Shown here: one piece after another, positions 25,598 to 38,894 of the stretch
How positions within the stretch are numbered: the stretch's first letter is position 1
Layout of the letters: every line of letters starts with the position of its first letter
From: Phoronis australis
Lineage: Eukaryota > Animalia > Phoronida
Assembly (NCBI GenBank): GCA_002633005.1
Contig: NMRA01000267.1
Coordinates: forward strand, 286,464-350,463
Length of the DNA: 64,000 nucleotides
Direction: 5' to 3'
The notes under the pieces: generated by a model
The model's input: only the letters and a program-made list of their open reading frames with translations
What the model was told of the DNA's origin: nothing
Databases searched by the model: none
Made by a program: the position numbers and the translations under genes

Positions 25598-26272
25598 ATT
25601 ACAGTTGACTAATTTGCAAACAACTAACACGCTTTAATTGTATGCCTTTCAATACGTGGATACATAATTACGCATAAAAGTATCTTCAATTTCGCCAAAC
25701 ACCTGAATGCAACCAATCATAAGTAAAATAAAATATTTGTTTTCGTGTCTAGAGATATTTGTTGAACATGCGCTGTTTTGAATTTTGATTCAACCATGTA
25801 TGTCATCGTCACGTCAATTAATTTGAGCTCACTATTCAATATGTGCAACACCCACACCCACGGGGTTTTGTAACGGATATTCGTCAATCACTTACCGCGT
25901 CGTCACGTGAGCAATTGACCTATCGCAAGCTCCGCCACCTTGCGAAATGTCGGAAAACAATAAATTTTACCCGGAAACGAGCTGCTTGTCGGGTAAAATG
26001 GCTACATGAAAAAGCAGGTATGTCAAGAATGCTGCGTTGTGACTGGTCAGTTAAGCCGTCACTCAAACTCCTGGCGATAGGTCAATTATACAGCGGCGTT
26101 ACTAAGATAACGCTAATTTTCGGAAGTATATAATGTGTGTGCCATCACGAAACTCAGTTGTATATCGTTTGGTCTCCAGAAAAAAAAACAAAACAAGAGC
26201 GGTATCTTCCCCTTGAGTAATCACCTTTACGAAACAAGTCTTGTGGAGAACAACGACGGTTCGCCTTACGCG

Positions 26273-27223
26273 ATGGAATCGTACAACAACACTGTCTTAC
26301 CCTGGTATCTGACAAATGAAGTTCCGGAGATCGTGTCTCTTACGTTTTCTGTCATTGACTTGGTCATTGCGGCAGTAACGCTCATAGGAAACGCTATCGT
26401 AGGTTGGCTGTTTTTTACCAATGATCAGGTTCGATCAGAAAACATCAGCATCTTTGTGATTGCTTTAGCCCAAACGGACTTCGTGTTAGGTTGTTCATTA
26501 GTTCTTAGCGCGTTCAGGTCTCATCTTGTGCCTCTTCACTGGCGGTCGCTACCAGTCGAGGACATTTCAAGTCCAGCCGCATGCAAAGTAATGATGTATC
26601 CCACACTTTATGCGTTCACAGCCACGAACTACATGCTAACAATGTTGGCTGTAGATCGGTTCATCTTCATCAAATTCCCACTGCGGCATGAATTCCTGAT
26701 GACCCGGCGCGTTTACGTAAACGTAGTCGTGGGTGGTTTACTGCTTGCGTTAACGATACCTGCTATCTTGTTAGCTACAGCGTCAGCAGACTTCCTGGAA
26801 CAGAGGTGTGTTTTGGAAACCATAATTTCTAGCAAAGCTGCTCTAGACATTTATTTCGTTTTGACTGTATACATACCGATGGTACTAATAGTAACTTTTC
26901 ACTCTTACGTCGCCATTTTGGCTTACAAACAGCGCAACAAAATAAACTCGTCGGATGCTTCCCAGTTGCTAAAGGGTCAATTCAAGATAACGAAAGCCTT
27001 GCTGCAGTTCGTGTTGTTCTTTATACTGTGCAACATACCAATCACCATAGTTGCACGCATTGTGCGATTCCCGTCAGGCAGCGAACCGGTGTGGTTTGTG
27101 GTTTTAAGATTTTCTGTTGTTGACATATTGGCTTGCAATTCCATGTTAAATCCATTTTTCTACGCGTTTAAGATAGACGTGTTTGGTAAAGCATTTGCCA
27201 AATTTATGTCATGCAAAAAATAA
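26273..27223 (+). CDS. Intronless class A (rhodopsin-like) orphan GPCR, 316 aa
   Basis: Seven hydrophobic segments with GN (TM1), LAQTD (TM2), C3.25...DRF (TM3), FPLRH (ICL2), YIP (TM5), FILCNIP (TM6), NSMLNPFFY (TM7) and helix 8 ending CKK. N-glycosylation sequon NNT. First in-frame ATG at 26273. Confidence 0.93.
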   Translation: MESYNNTVLPWYLTNEVPEIVSLTFSVIDLVIAAVTLIGNAIVGWLFFTNDQVRSENISIFVIALAQTDFVLGCSLVLSAFRSHLVPLHWRSLPVEDISSPAACKVMMYPTLYAFTATNYMLTMLAVDRFIFIKFPLRHEFLMTRRVYVNVVVGGLLLALTIPAILLATASADFLEQRCVLETIISSKAALDIYFVLTVYIPMVLIVTFHSYVAILAYKQRNKINSSDASQLLKGQFKITKALLQFVLFFILCNIPITIVARIVRFPSGSEPVWFVVLRFSVVDILACNSMLNPFFYAFKIDVFGKAFAKFMSCKK

Positions 27224-28957
27224 ACTGACTAATATGATAACAGTGCATACGAAATATTTGCAGATCAGTGTAAGTATTCCTCGTAAAGTGTCACCAGTCG
27301 AAGTCATGTTTGAAAATCTACTTTTGTCATATTACTACCGTGGTGTCGTGCTATCAAAGCTCAAATCAACATTTGCTTGCAAAGACGTGATAATAGTATC
27401 GAATGTTTTTTTGGAAATGTGGTATCCGTTATGAAGCCAAAATTTAACGCCCCAATGAAAGGCGATTAGACGGTTTAACTTCCACCGGTATGCAGCCATT
27501 TCAACGTCATGAATCATCAAAAACACCGGACCATCATACACACGCGATGCTCTCGCATGTCTCCGTCAAGACAACACCAAAATCAGAGGTAGGACCAGGC
27601 AGTGATTTCATGTTGTTAGCAATAATGATAATCCATCGTTGGACGCTGAGAGGCAATTATCGTAAGCGTAAGGAGATTTCAAGCATCAACTGAGGAAGTA
27701 TTCATGAAAAGTGAAACCTTAAGTCAAATATTTTGTTCCTTTTGATAAGGTTTGCATAGATTGTAAACAAATTTTTCAAACTGGACGCTAGCATTTAGTT
27801 GATATATTGTTTTTGAATGTACGGTGAAATAGTTTGTTTTATTTATTACATGGTCAGTGATGGTGATCACGGTGATCCATTACTTTGCAGTGAGGAGTCT
27901 TATTCTTTCAAGAACATTACCGGAGAGATAAAATAGAATTTCAACACCTTATAAGTGAAGCTGCTCTCACTTAGCGTTGCTCCAAGTGCAATTTAGTATA
28001 TTATCGACTTCCTCCGTACAACGTGTACAACTACGAGGTTAATTGAACTCCCAAAATCTTGTAAGGATCATTGACCTGAAACTTCTCTGATTAGAAATTG
28101 CAGTACCTCCTACTTTTTCTCCGGAGAACTCTTCTTGATGAAATGTCGTAAAAATATTTTAATCTTAACATTTTCTCTATTGCACAATCATTCTCAGATG
28201 TTACGTATCTACTTATTAGCACGCGCAGCCGGGGTCTCTTATTATCGTGCCAATGGCGTTTGAGTTGTTTTTACTGTTGTTAAAATCCCGTAGTAACTTT
28301 ATTTTGTTCTTTGTTTCAACTATTATCTGTAGGCCTATGCCAACCATATTTCATGCTATCGTTGTTTTTATTGTTATTGCAACGTTGTAGGATGTTGTGC
28401 CGGTACAACTTCGCATGATCTTCATAATTTTCTTGCCATAATAAAACCAATGTCAGTGTTTATACACTGTGGTATCCACTATTATTGTTGTTATTACATC
28501 ATTGTATTACCATTATTTTGAATTATTTATTATGACAATGTCGTGATCTGTTTCGAAGAATTGTAATACTCATATGTATCACCATCAATCAGCGTTCCAA
28601 ATACGCGCTGGCCCTGAAGGTCACTTATTTCATGCGTAAGGCGTAAAATACCTGGTCTCGTGAAATATCTTTCCTGTCGAAGACGGCAAAGCACACTATA
28701 AAATTAGCCTAAAAATAGAAGTCCACTAAGTGTGTGATAATGTAACGATTTTGGTTTATTGTGATTGTTTTGTTAGACATTGGTTAATGAACTGTAATTG
28801 ATCAACTTCAAATCAGTCACCATCGGTTAGGCTTGCGCACATGCTGCAGTGTCAGCACACTTTGCGGGTTTTGATCATGTTGATGTTTGTTTTATTGTAC
28901 TCTGTAAATTGTATTATGATTACTTAGGTCAATAAACCTATCATCTCCTCCCCAACC

Positions 28958-28990
<33 letters not shown>

Positions 28991-28999
28991 ATGTCTGTC

Positions 29000-29046
<47 letters not shown>

Positions 29047-29066
29047 TCTCTCTCCATCTCCCTCTC
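28958..29066. repeat. Compound microsatellite (TCTG)n-(TC)n
   Basis: Read directly from the sequence. Confidence 0.97.
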
Positions 29067-30599
29067 TGTTTGCGGGAAGGAATCCCGTAACTAGGTAGGA
29101 TCGGGCCTGACAGAATTTTCCTGGCACCGGAGAAGCCTCTGTTGAATGGCAAATTAGTAAAAAGATCTTTCAAAAAATGGCATAATGTAGCCTTTATACT
29201 TATAATCGATTCTTAAATTTAAAATGTTTCCGAATTTCATTTTCTGGCCTGGGCGTCGCCTCACGTTAGGTCCGTCGTGAAAAGACACTCTTGAATCTAT
29301 GAGACGTTTCTTCGCTTGAAGTGCTCTTTATTCCAGAATATGTGATAAATACTCGGTTGGGCAGTAAGCAATATCATTTATAGTCGATATTCGAGCTTGG
29401 ATCGAAAGTGTAATGAGTTAAAATAATTAACGCACACCTGTTTTGGCCGAGGACGATGATCCCGATGAAAAAGGTGTCCTGTGTGAAATAACGTTGCTAC
29501 ACTGAGCATACATTAGGCGCTGCTTTTAGAAAGGTTATCTTGTCTTACGAAATATGCCATAATGATGTTGTAATTTAAAAAAAAACAAATAAAAACACGA
29601 AGATTGGAATTCCTGTTTTGTCCAGAAAATTCAGTTCGTAAGACTCGGATAAACATGAAGTGTTCAAAATGAGGAAAGTCCCAGTTAAGTGAAATAATTA
29701 GCGAGAATCAGGACACGCATTAAAAAGTCTAGGATCATATTACAAAATCACACGCGGTGGGAAAATGACCAATCACAGCTACAATGGGTAAAAATTGTAG
29801 TAAAATAGTTACACTTTCTTGCTAAGGAACATGAATGCGTCAAAGACAACATTTCAGTGCGCCATTTAAAATCTTTGAATGCGCCCTGGGCACGTGACGC
29901 GCTCCGAAAAGGAACCTTGAAAAACAATCCTTGATAAACAATGACCAATTTATAAAGTCTGCTGTTTTCTATAATGAAGTATATCAAGGAACTATCAAAG
30001 GACTCACATATATATGTAATAAGAATTACTTCATGCGTTAACGGGATCAACAAATATCCTGCGTGAATTGAAATAAGGTTCCTACCAAAGCATATAAGAA
30101 ACAAAGTTATCAATTCGTAGGCCTATCAAAAATGTCTTGACAATTCACAAAGACTAAAAATGTCGAAAAAATATTTCCTTATCGAAAAACTTGCTTGTTC
30201 GATCTGAGGCGGTAAATTAATGGCCTTGGTATCTTAGGCAACACTTACATGTACGAAGTTATTATTCTATTTTTAAAACGTTTTCGCTAAACTGCATGCA
30301 TACTTGACTTAAGTTTGCTCCCGCTTTGATTGATTGCGTTTCTAATGTCAAATAACAGGATTTTTTGTTTTCACAGTTACATTGCGTGAAAGACGATTCC
30401 TGCTCATAAATAGTTAACTTTACGGCAAAATAGCTGATAATGTCAAAACTGAAAATAATTTAACGGTACCCGAAATGTGATTTTACTGTGGCTGGCACAG
30501 TAGACCCCTAAATTAGTGATATGGCATCGATTCTGGTTCAAGATTTAATGCTGCCCTCATTTCTTCCAACAAATTATGCAGTGCACTTGCCAATTTATA

Positions 30600-30860
30600 C
30601 ATGCGCGCACCCCGCCTAAAATATAGGGGTCTCTGAATTTTTCATTATTTGGGCCTTTTACTGAAAAATACTGGGACTCAGAAAAAATAAAAACAGGGGT
30701 TTTACGCTTAGACCTACGAATTGTGCATTCGCGCCGAATTCCTGTGGGCTTTTGTCTCGTTTTCTCGGGCATTTTGCTTCTCTGAGGCGAACTTTTTTGT
30801 CCACTTCGCCACATGGCAGGGGCTCGTTCGAGCCTCCCGAGCCCCCTGGGTGCGCGCATG
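30600..30860. mobile_element. MITE with CATGCGCGCACCC TIRs and 5-bp TSD
   Basis: TTATA|CATGCGCGCACCC...GGGTGCGCGCATG|TTATA. The empty site is seen in paralogous host repeats at ~2285 and ~48170. Confidence 0.88.
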
Positions 30861-32189
30861 TTATATAGACGTGTAAAGATGACTGATTTTCTAAACCAAG
30901 AATTTTTTGCAGGCCCATTAACGAAATGGACCTTACCTAAAATTGATGCGTGGAATAATTTGAAGAACTATTACCCCCTTCAATTTTCTGTGTTGAGGTA
31001 AAGTTGATTCACGGGTTGATACACCAAAGAATCCCAATCAAAAGTTTTCATTACCTATATGATTCTTGCTTAGCAGTGAAACATAGTTATACCAGTTCTA
31101 ATTTATTTAGAAGACAGTAAATGTTTTAGTAAAAAGTATTTAGTACAAAGTGAGAGTGAAATCGCTTTCAATGTCGACAACTTCAAAATAACATCAACAA
31201 AACTTGGAATAAAACATGATTACAATCTCTTTTAAAAGTCTAGAACAAGAAAACAGGTGCTGTACAACTGGATAAAATATTAGAGCCAAAAACCTAACAT
31301 AAATGGAGTCACAACGGTAAGTCATAAACATTTCTATACAAAGTCAAAGCAAAATCGCTTTCAATCAGTCTTGAACACAAAAACAGATGTTCCTTGACTG
31401 TGAGAAGCAAAAAGCTATCATGTCTGGGGCCACGCATGAAATTCGCACAAATTTTACTACATATTGCAACCAAAAGCGCTTTCAAAATCAAGTCTTGGTA
31501 AATAACATATTCATTATGTCTAACGAAAACCTTGGAGACAAAAACAGAAGTTCTTCAACTTGATTAATTACAAGATCCAAAAAGCTAGCATAACTGAGGC
31601 CGCAACTGAAGTAACAAATATTCTGATACACAGTCGCTTTCAAAATCTACAATTCTGTAAGTCTATATAGTTGTACAAAACATTTCTTAATGTCTACTGA
31701 GAATTTACAGTCCATAAATAGACGAGCTTTTACTTGATTAACTACAAGAGCCAAAACACTAGCATTTCTAGGTAACAATTTGAAAACGTCAGAAGCATGT
31801 GTGTCAATTACCTTGAACAAGACTTCCACATACAGCAACGCAGCTGCAAATAAAGAAAATAATAAATTAAACAGTACACAAAAAAACAAGAAATCAGCAC
31901 AGTATGTTTTCAAGAATTTTCAATAAAGGGACAAATTTCCACTACTCTTTAAAGAGGCAAGCGAAGGCTCGTGAATAAAAGTGATGCTTCTGGTAAGCAA
32001 AGTATTACCGTACGACTGCCATTATGCATGCCGGTCGTGACAACCAGGCTCATCTTACAGGCTTCGTTACTGCCAAACTGATGAATCATCCATCATCATC
32101 AGACATTTCATTTTAACTATACTGTCAATAGTTTTTTACCTAACCTTATAGGCTTTATTTAAGAGCATAAATTAATGAATTAATTATCA

Positions 32190-32392
32190 ACAGCGTAAAT
32201 TAAAGTTAATTTACATGCGTAATTTGCGCGCGTAAATTAAATTTAGTTTAATTTACAAACAATAAATTTACGCCATTAAAAGTTCGTTAAAATAAGTTTA
32301 CGCGACAAAGAATAATTTACGCCATTGAAAGATTTGTGCCGCAACGAATTAACTTACGCCATTAACAAGAATTAATTTACGCACGTAATTCA
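32190..32392. repeat. AT-rich degenerate AATTTACGC / GCGTAAATT repeat cluster
   Basis: Multiple direct and inverted AATTTAC(G)C motifs. Confidence 0.55.
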
Positions 32393-33319
32393 ACACAGTT
32401 TCAATTTATGGTTGTTTTTTCGTATTTTGTATTTTGGTCTTTACCTATTACAAATCTGCAATAATGTGGGGTCACTGAATTAGTTTTATCCGTTACAGTC
32501 GTCCTAAGTAAAGGCACCTCTGGCAAAAAGGGAAATTCAAATTGGTTACGAACGAGTCACCTCTAATTATATTAATGATTAAAATTCTTCTGCAAAGGAA
32601 TTAGTTTCGTTACACGAAGTCTTTTTATGTTTTAACGACTTTAATTCTATTTCATGGTTTATTGATTTTCTGACGTCCTAATAGAAGTAAACGATGTTTG
32701 CCTTCTACTCAAAAGTTTCAACGTTAATTTTGTTCTTCTTGTAAGTTTTATTTTGATGCCAATTGTGTATCCTATGGAACCAGAAAAAACAAGTGGTCAT
32801 CGACTTCGTTTTTGAGCTATTTTAGTTCAAACAGCTTCACATAAGAATGCGCAATTTCAACTTTTCAAAAGTGCATCAATTTCCAGATCACGATTTTCCC
32901 GCTGCATTTCACTTGATGGCGATTATGTTACTTTGCTTTGAATATGAAAAAAGTTTAATTGGTAAGTAGTTAATAAGAAGTTACTTATTTAATGAATTCA
33001 AAATTGCCGTTTGAAATAAGTCGCGTTGATGGAACCTCGGCAGTCATTGGTTAGCTTTACAACAAAGAAAAAAATGGCGGACTGTGAATGATTTTTTGCC
33101 TTGTCATGCATGTGAAGTGACAGGAAATATTTCGTTTCTGCAGTAATGTTTAATAGCCGAGTGCTCGAAGCACATACAGTGCCGCACATCTGGCCGACTT
33201 ATTCGGTGTGTTATTCATACTGTTTAAATACAGGACAGCAACGAAAACAAAAGTCAGCGACAGTAGCAAAATGCGCACTGAAAAGGCACAGCCACAAATT
33301 TCCAGTTGAACATATCCCA

Positions 33320-33930
33320 ATTAGGCACTGATTTGTCCATACACCAGACCACACACTATATCCATATTTCACTTCCTGTCCACCAGTTATGCCAGTTTGT
33401 TTAGGGTAAAGCGCTATCTGTTGAGAATTCGACCAGCCAATCCCGAGGAAAATTAAATGGTACTTGCTTGTTCCCCCTAGCGGACACACAAGCAACCATG
33501 AGTCAAGATTAAGGCAGCTCAAGGAAGCCTAGCGACATGATCCAACCCTAGAAAAGCTATGGGCGAAAGTATACGCCAAGGCTGAGCTACAAATCAAGTG
33601 CAGCGAAACGTACACGATAAAGGTTCAACCGGACTACGCTATCGACTGGGTCAAGAACAGCCAAGGTGATGTGATAAAAGAAATGGTCGGTAGTGCCGAG
33701 TAAGTTACAGAAGTCACTGTTAAGGCATACCCATGAGTCTGGTCGAGGAATACACATGATCGTATTACCAACATCTTCTGTTTTGAACGCTAAGAGTCGC
33801 AGTGACCAAGCTCTGCACATTTTGCAACTTTTTACAGATCATGTCGCAAAATGTGTTAGGAAAAACCATAAGGGTGGGATCGATACCAGACATGGAGAGG
33901 AGTATAGGATTTTCACATGTTCCTTTTCGG
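33320..33930 (+). mobile_element. Highly degenerate Gypsy pol fragment (RNase H to integrase Zn region)
   Basis: LGTDL..TDH-like segment, P.RGKLN, VVPSKLQKSLLRHTHESGRGI. Confidence 0.45.
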
Positions 33931-36280
33931 CAGGACAGTGAGGATCCTGTGCAGATCGTGAAAGAGTCATAATCGTTGTACTCAAAATCGAACCTTAATT
34001 CATTTTTGACATTTTGCGTTCTATTTTTGTGCGAGCGCAAGGTATGTTCTATAATTCTCTGCAAAAGTACATAATGGTTTGCGTGAACGATTGTCCAGTA
34101 GTTTGCACTTAATGGCCCCATTATTAAAACTATAAGTTTGAATCTGAGCTCGAAATTTCGAGTTTCTATCTCTAGCTTGAATGTAGAGGTCATCGAGTGC
34201 AAATGGAGAGCCGTTCACCTAATTCTAAATATACTCGAAACGCTTATTGAGCATTAGCCAGCCAGCTACCTGTATAAAGACTATATATTTAGTTAAGAGC
34301 TTTGCAACAAAGGTAACCGAGCATTAAAAGTATTCTTATGCAAATTATCAGGAAACTTTTTAAATACACATATTTGTACGTCATCTTTCATCCAGGTGAA
34401 TTACTTGACCCACGACATTATAACCAAAACTTCTAGGAAAACTCGATCTAATTTTGCAAAGCAGTCTGGAGTTGTTATCCAGGAACATCAGCAGAGTGAA
34501 AAATGTTGCGGGAATCAGGCTCCATTCCCCTGTAGAGGGTGTCAGGAACTATTGATTCCGTAATGGCTGGAAAAATTACGGTGTTTGTCCTGAATTTTTT
34601 TATCTAGAATTTTGCATTTGTAAATGTAACCTTTCAAATTTTCGGGTTAATGCATTAATGAAATAACAATTATGTTATTACAGAATCGACAAGTTGCCAA
34701 TTCTATTCACAGTTTGAAAAAAAGACCTTCATGGGAGGTGCATTTATAGGTGTTTATGTTATATGATTCACCAGAAATTGCAAAAGCCTGAATGTAATTA
34801 GGATGCTCGAAACTCTAGATTTGCAACTAAGCACAGTTAGTCTAGGATTTCGAGCAAATAAGCTTTCTCATATGTACATCCTTGATTACAACAAACCGGA
34901 ACCGGGTGTTTGTTGATAGTGAATGTGAACATAATCCGGTGCAGAGGTTTGTTTTGGATGTAAAGCTACCTATTCTGGGAAGTCACTGTTGTCAAAGTAA
35001 TTGTAGGTACTGGGGACAAGGGTTCTGTTTCATAAAAATGACTTAAAACGTAAGACCGAAATTTGGTATCACGCTCCCACGTTGCTGTTACGATGTAATC
35101 AACGTGTCACTTTTGGTCTGACCTGCTGCGCTATGTTTTATGTTCAAAAGGCCGATACTAGATATTTTTAAGTAGTAGCAACCGGTCACCTACTTTATTG
35201 GGCATTTTTGTGACACCCTCACTGACTATAATCACTCTTGTTGTGTTTTTCAGTGTCTTGGTTGGCATGTATGAAATGATTTCATAGCAAATGATTACAC
35301 CGCTTCATCTTACATACTTTTGATCTCGCAATCTTTTTAAGAATGAGACCAATTTTTTTTTGCTCAGCTTCAACGTTTAGACACGAAAGTGCAAATTGTT
35401 GGAGACCACAGGAAGAATAGATGCTACTGGGAGAAGAATAAATATCTGGTGGAAGATTCTCTGAATCTCGAAAAAAATGCCATCATGGATAAACAAATTC
35501 ATGATTTTAACAGTGTGAACCGTGATGCGACATTACTTAACGCCTCTCTTTAAAATTGAAATGAAGACATGAGTTAAAGTGCTGGATGAAAATCTAATCA
35601 TGTTAATCACTAGATAGAGACCAGCATCTGATAAGTTAACTCTACATATTCCCAAATCACAATTCCAAATGCATTTAATTTAAAATGTCTTGTTTTCACA
35701 CTGGAAGACAGCAACGGTGTTTTGAATCAAAATATGAATGCCATAAGTCAATGCTGTCAACGAAACTAGGATTCACCCTTTTTTAAGAAGATACTGAAAT
35801 CTTGTTACTAATATTTTTAGAATATTACCAAGCAATCATGAGTACATTACAGTCGAGAAATAGTTTGTAGACATTATCTCAGTTACTTGAAATTTTGTGC
35901 ATTTTCTCAAATAATTTGCACTTTTGCTCAAGCGAGATTTAATCATTTTTCCAAAATAGTTGTGTGGAGTGTCTGCTGAGACAATTTCTATAATTCCATA
36001 CATTTCACAGATCCTATGCATTTCCACAATAGGTTTATCAAATAAGCTTATACGTGTAATTTAAACCATTGATATCTCCAATCCCACTCAAACGCTTTCT
36101 TGAAGAGACAATTAATTCTGATCCTGCCTCTTGCAATGTTTTGTTGTTAATGTGTGAAAACTAAAATATCTAGGCGGAATATTGTTTTCCAGAGCCAGGT
36201 TGATCTTCTGAAATCGTTCTTATTTCTTCCGTCCAATTTTTGAAAATGTTGCACTAATTCAAGCCTCATCCAACAGTGTT

Positions 36281-37888
36281 TGTTATGTTTTTGTAATAAA
36301 AAGAAGCAGAAACGTATAAAAGAAATGTAAAATATATTGACAGGAATTAAGAATGACGTCACAAAAGGGTTTTAATAGGTCTGGAAATTCATCGCAGATA
36401 ATTTTGCTGAAACTCTACATCACTTTTCTTGTCTTCATGACAAACAACACCAACTTTGTCATTTTGGCTGTCATCACGCAAAATGGAATTCCTACAGAGT
36501 GCAGTGACATCAATCTTTAATTGTCGAACTGCCGTTCGGCCAACAATATTCAAATCTTGTTTGCTTACTACTAATTCAATGTTTGCTGTGTGCTGCAAAT
36601 CGGACTGTAATGTTGCGTTTGTACCTAAAATTCCCTGAACTGGTAATGGTTTTTCATTTCCGCGAAATACTGATTGTGTGATGGAGATAAAACAGGTTTT
36701 CTACGTTTAAACCAAATCTTCTCCGAAATGAAATTGTCCGGTGATCCAGTATCTACGTCAAATGTTTTTTGCCGCATATGTGAGCAACAATCTGAATTGG
36801 ATCTCGATCCGAAATGTGATTAACTTTCTGTTCTGGCCTTGCTAAAATACTGCTTACTTTATCCCTAGCCTTTCTTTTGCTTAGACATACAGCATCTATA
36901 TGATCTTTCTTGTGACAGAAACGGCATTCAGTCTCTTTAAAACGACAATCCATAGCCGCGTGGTCTTTTTTTCCACAACGGGGACATGCTCCCTTTGGAA
37001 AATGCCTAAACTTCTGTATTTTGCCCTGCCTGCTTTCTTCCCTCCTTTTCTTTTGTAACTTAAGCACAGGATCTCCGTAAACCGTTTCTTTTGCAATTTT
37101 GGACGCCTCTTCAATTTCTGTTGCTATTTCTATGGCTTTCTTAAAAGATAATTCGTCATCTTTTATTTTGAAAAGGGCTTTTAGGACTGCCTCATTATTA
37201 ATTGAACAAATGAAGCTAATTCTCATAGCTTCGTCCTGAGGATCCTTTATTGTTGGAAAATCGCATTTTTCAGCGTCTTGTCGAATACGAGCTGCTAGCT
37301 CCTGTATCGTCTCACCTGGCTGTCTTCTTGCGTTAGACCAAAATTTGAATCGCTCCCGGACTACAAAATACTTCGAATCGAATTGATTCTACATCAGTGT
37401 TGTAATTTCATTGATTGTCAGGTGATTGATATACTTGGGAGGTGTCTGCTGCTCTGCCAAAGTTGCAAGCAACTTATAAACTGTAGACATCTGATTCGTC
37501 AAGAAAGTTTGTGAAAGTTTCTCCATAGGTATGGAGTGTGCCCCTGCAAATGTTTGTGATCTGGACCAATAATCCTTCCAGAGTTCCAGTGAACTGTCGA
37601 ACGCACCAAAAGTTGGCGAAGATGTCGTTGGTTGGTGCATCAGCCTGCTAGTTATCATCTCAGCAAAACGCTTAGGATTCTCTTGCTGTTGCTTGATTTG
37701 TTGTTGTAATAACGAAATAATGCCAGCCCACTCACCCATCTTTTTATATCCTGCCAACTATGCCAAAATCTGTTATGTTTTTGTAATACAAAGAAGCAGA
37801 AACGTATAAAAGAAATGTAAAATATTGACAGGAATTAAGAATGACATCACAAAAGGATGACGTCATAGAAAACTATTACATCACAACA
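36281..37888 (-). mobile_element. Internally deleted Gypsy (Mag-like) LTR retrotransposon
   Basis: 5' LTR 37771-37888 (TG...CA, 118 bp) and partial 3' LTR 36281-36368. Flanks GTGTT/ATGTT (5-bp TSD, 1 mismatch). PBS TGGCATAGTTGGCAGGAT resembles tRNA-Ser. Gag with two CCHC knuckles (CPRCGKKDHAAMDC, CRFCHKKDHIDAVC). Protease DTGS at ~36750. RT and integrase absent. Confidence 0.92.
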
Positions 37889-38314
37889 ATGTTGTCCGCT
37901 AATGTTGTTAGAGTAGTTCTTTTGCCGCCTTTGTACAGTACACCGAGTGGAATAAGTGCCACTGTCCAAACACGATTAAACAACCTGATCACTAAAGACT
38001 ATACTCAAGGGCACAAAATTTACAAAAATCTCAAGCAATTTCATCGGATTCTGCTGATTTTCCGGTTTTCATTCGTTCCAAGATAACAACGCATTTAGCA
38101 GTCCCCCCGGTACGAGTGTCTTACGTTACTACTACTGTGCCCCCTAAAGACAGATTTCGGAAGTAAAATCAGTAAGATTATTTCTAAGGTAAAAATCATA
38201 GCCTACGCGCATAACACTTTTGAGGGGTTCAGGTCTAGTGACCATTTTTTGTAACTAACCAAGGGTTTGCCCCTAAACAGCAGAGCCAGTGCATTTATGA
38301 CGTATGAGAAGTAG

Positions 38315-38894
38315 TATTATACCACAATATTAGCGTCAAATGGCAAATACAACCGTGTAATAACCCATTTAGTTAACTCACTAGTGAGATAACATTTTGG
38401 CGGGAAACCGAGGCCGGTGTCGAACCTGGGCCTAAAGAGTTTGAGTCGCCGACTTTACCACTACACCATTCAGCGGCTGACGTCATCGAACGTGAAAATA
38501 GAATACTTAAATGGGCACGCGCACCAATCGCATGTTCAGCAAAGGGCATTGTACCGACATCTGTACGCTGTGAAAAATAAGACGCATAATTTCCATAAAA
38601 CGATATTTCAGTGCAGTGAAATTTTTCTCTCGTGTTCCCTGACTTGTAAATCACCTATCTCCAATTTGAATGCGGGTATCGTGCCTTCGTGATCTTTTGA
38701 CTGGAGCATTATACTCAGTCAGTACTAGTGGTAACCTACTTTAGCAGACGATATTTTCCCGGTCGAAGCTTAGCGTGATAAAATGTGTAGTAAGCTATAA
38801 TAGTTGCTAAACCTTAATTTATAGATTCACTTGATTTCTATTTTGTTTAAATTTTCAATTGGTTTTGAGTAAAAGCATTATTTGACAAAAATAG
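38315..38894 (-). mobile_element. Crypton-like/tRNA-cassette repeat, partial inverted copy
   Basis: Reverse-complement homology to 11215-11775, including the A and B boxes. Confidence 0.8.

Noticed and set aside
26135-26272. N-terminal GPCR extension from GTG 26135
   Set aside because: A non-ATG start is unlikely in a eukaryote. ATG 26273 has a good context (GCGATGG) and gives a typical short glycosylated N-terminus. An upstream exon cannot be excluded.
28892-29173. RE/TDRQ-repeat protein ORFs
   Set aside because: These are translations of a microsatellite.
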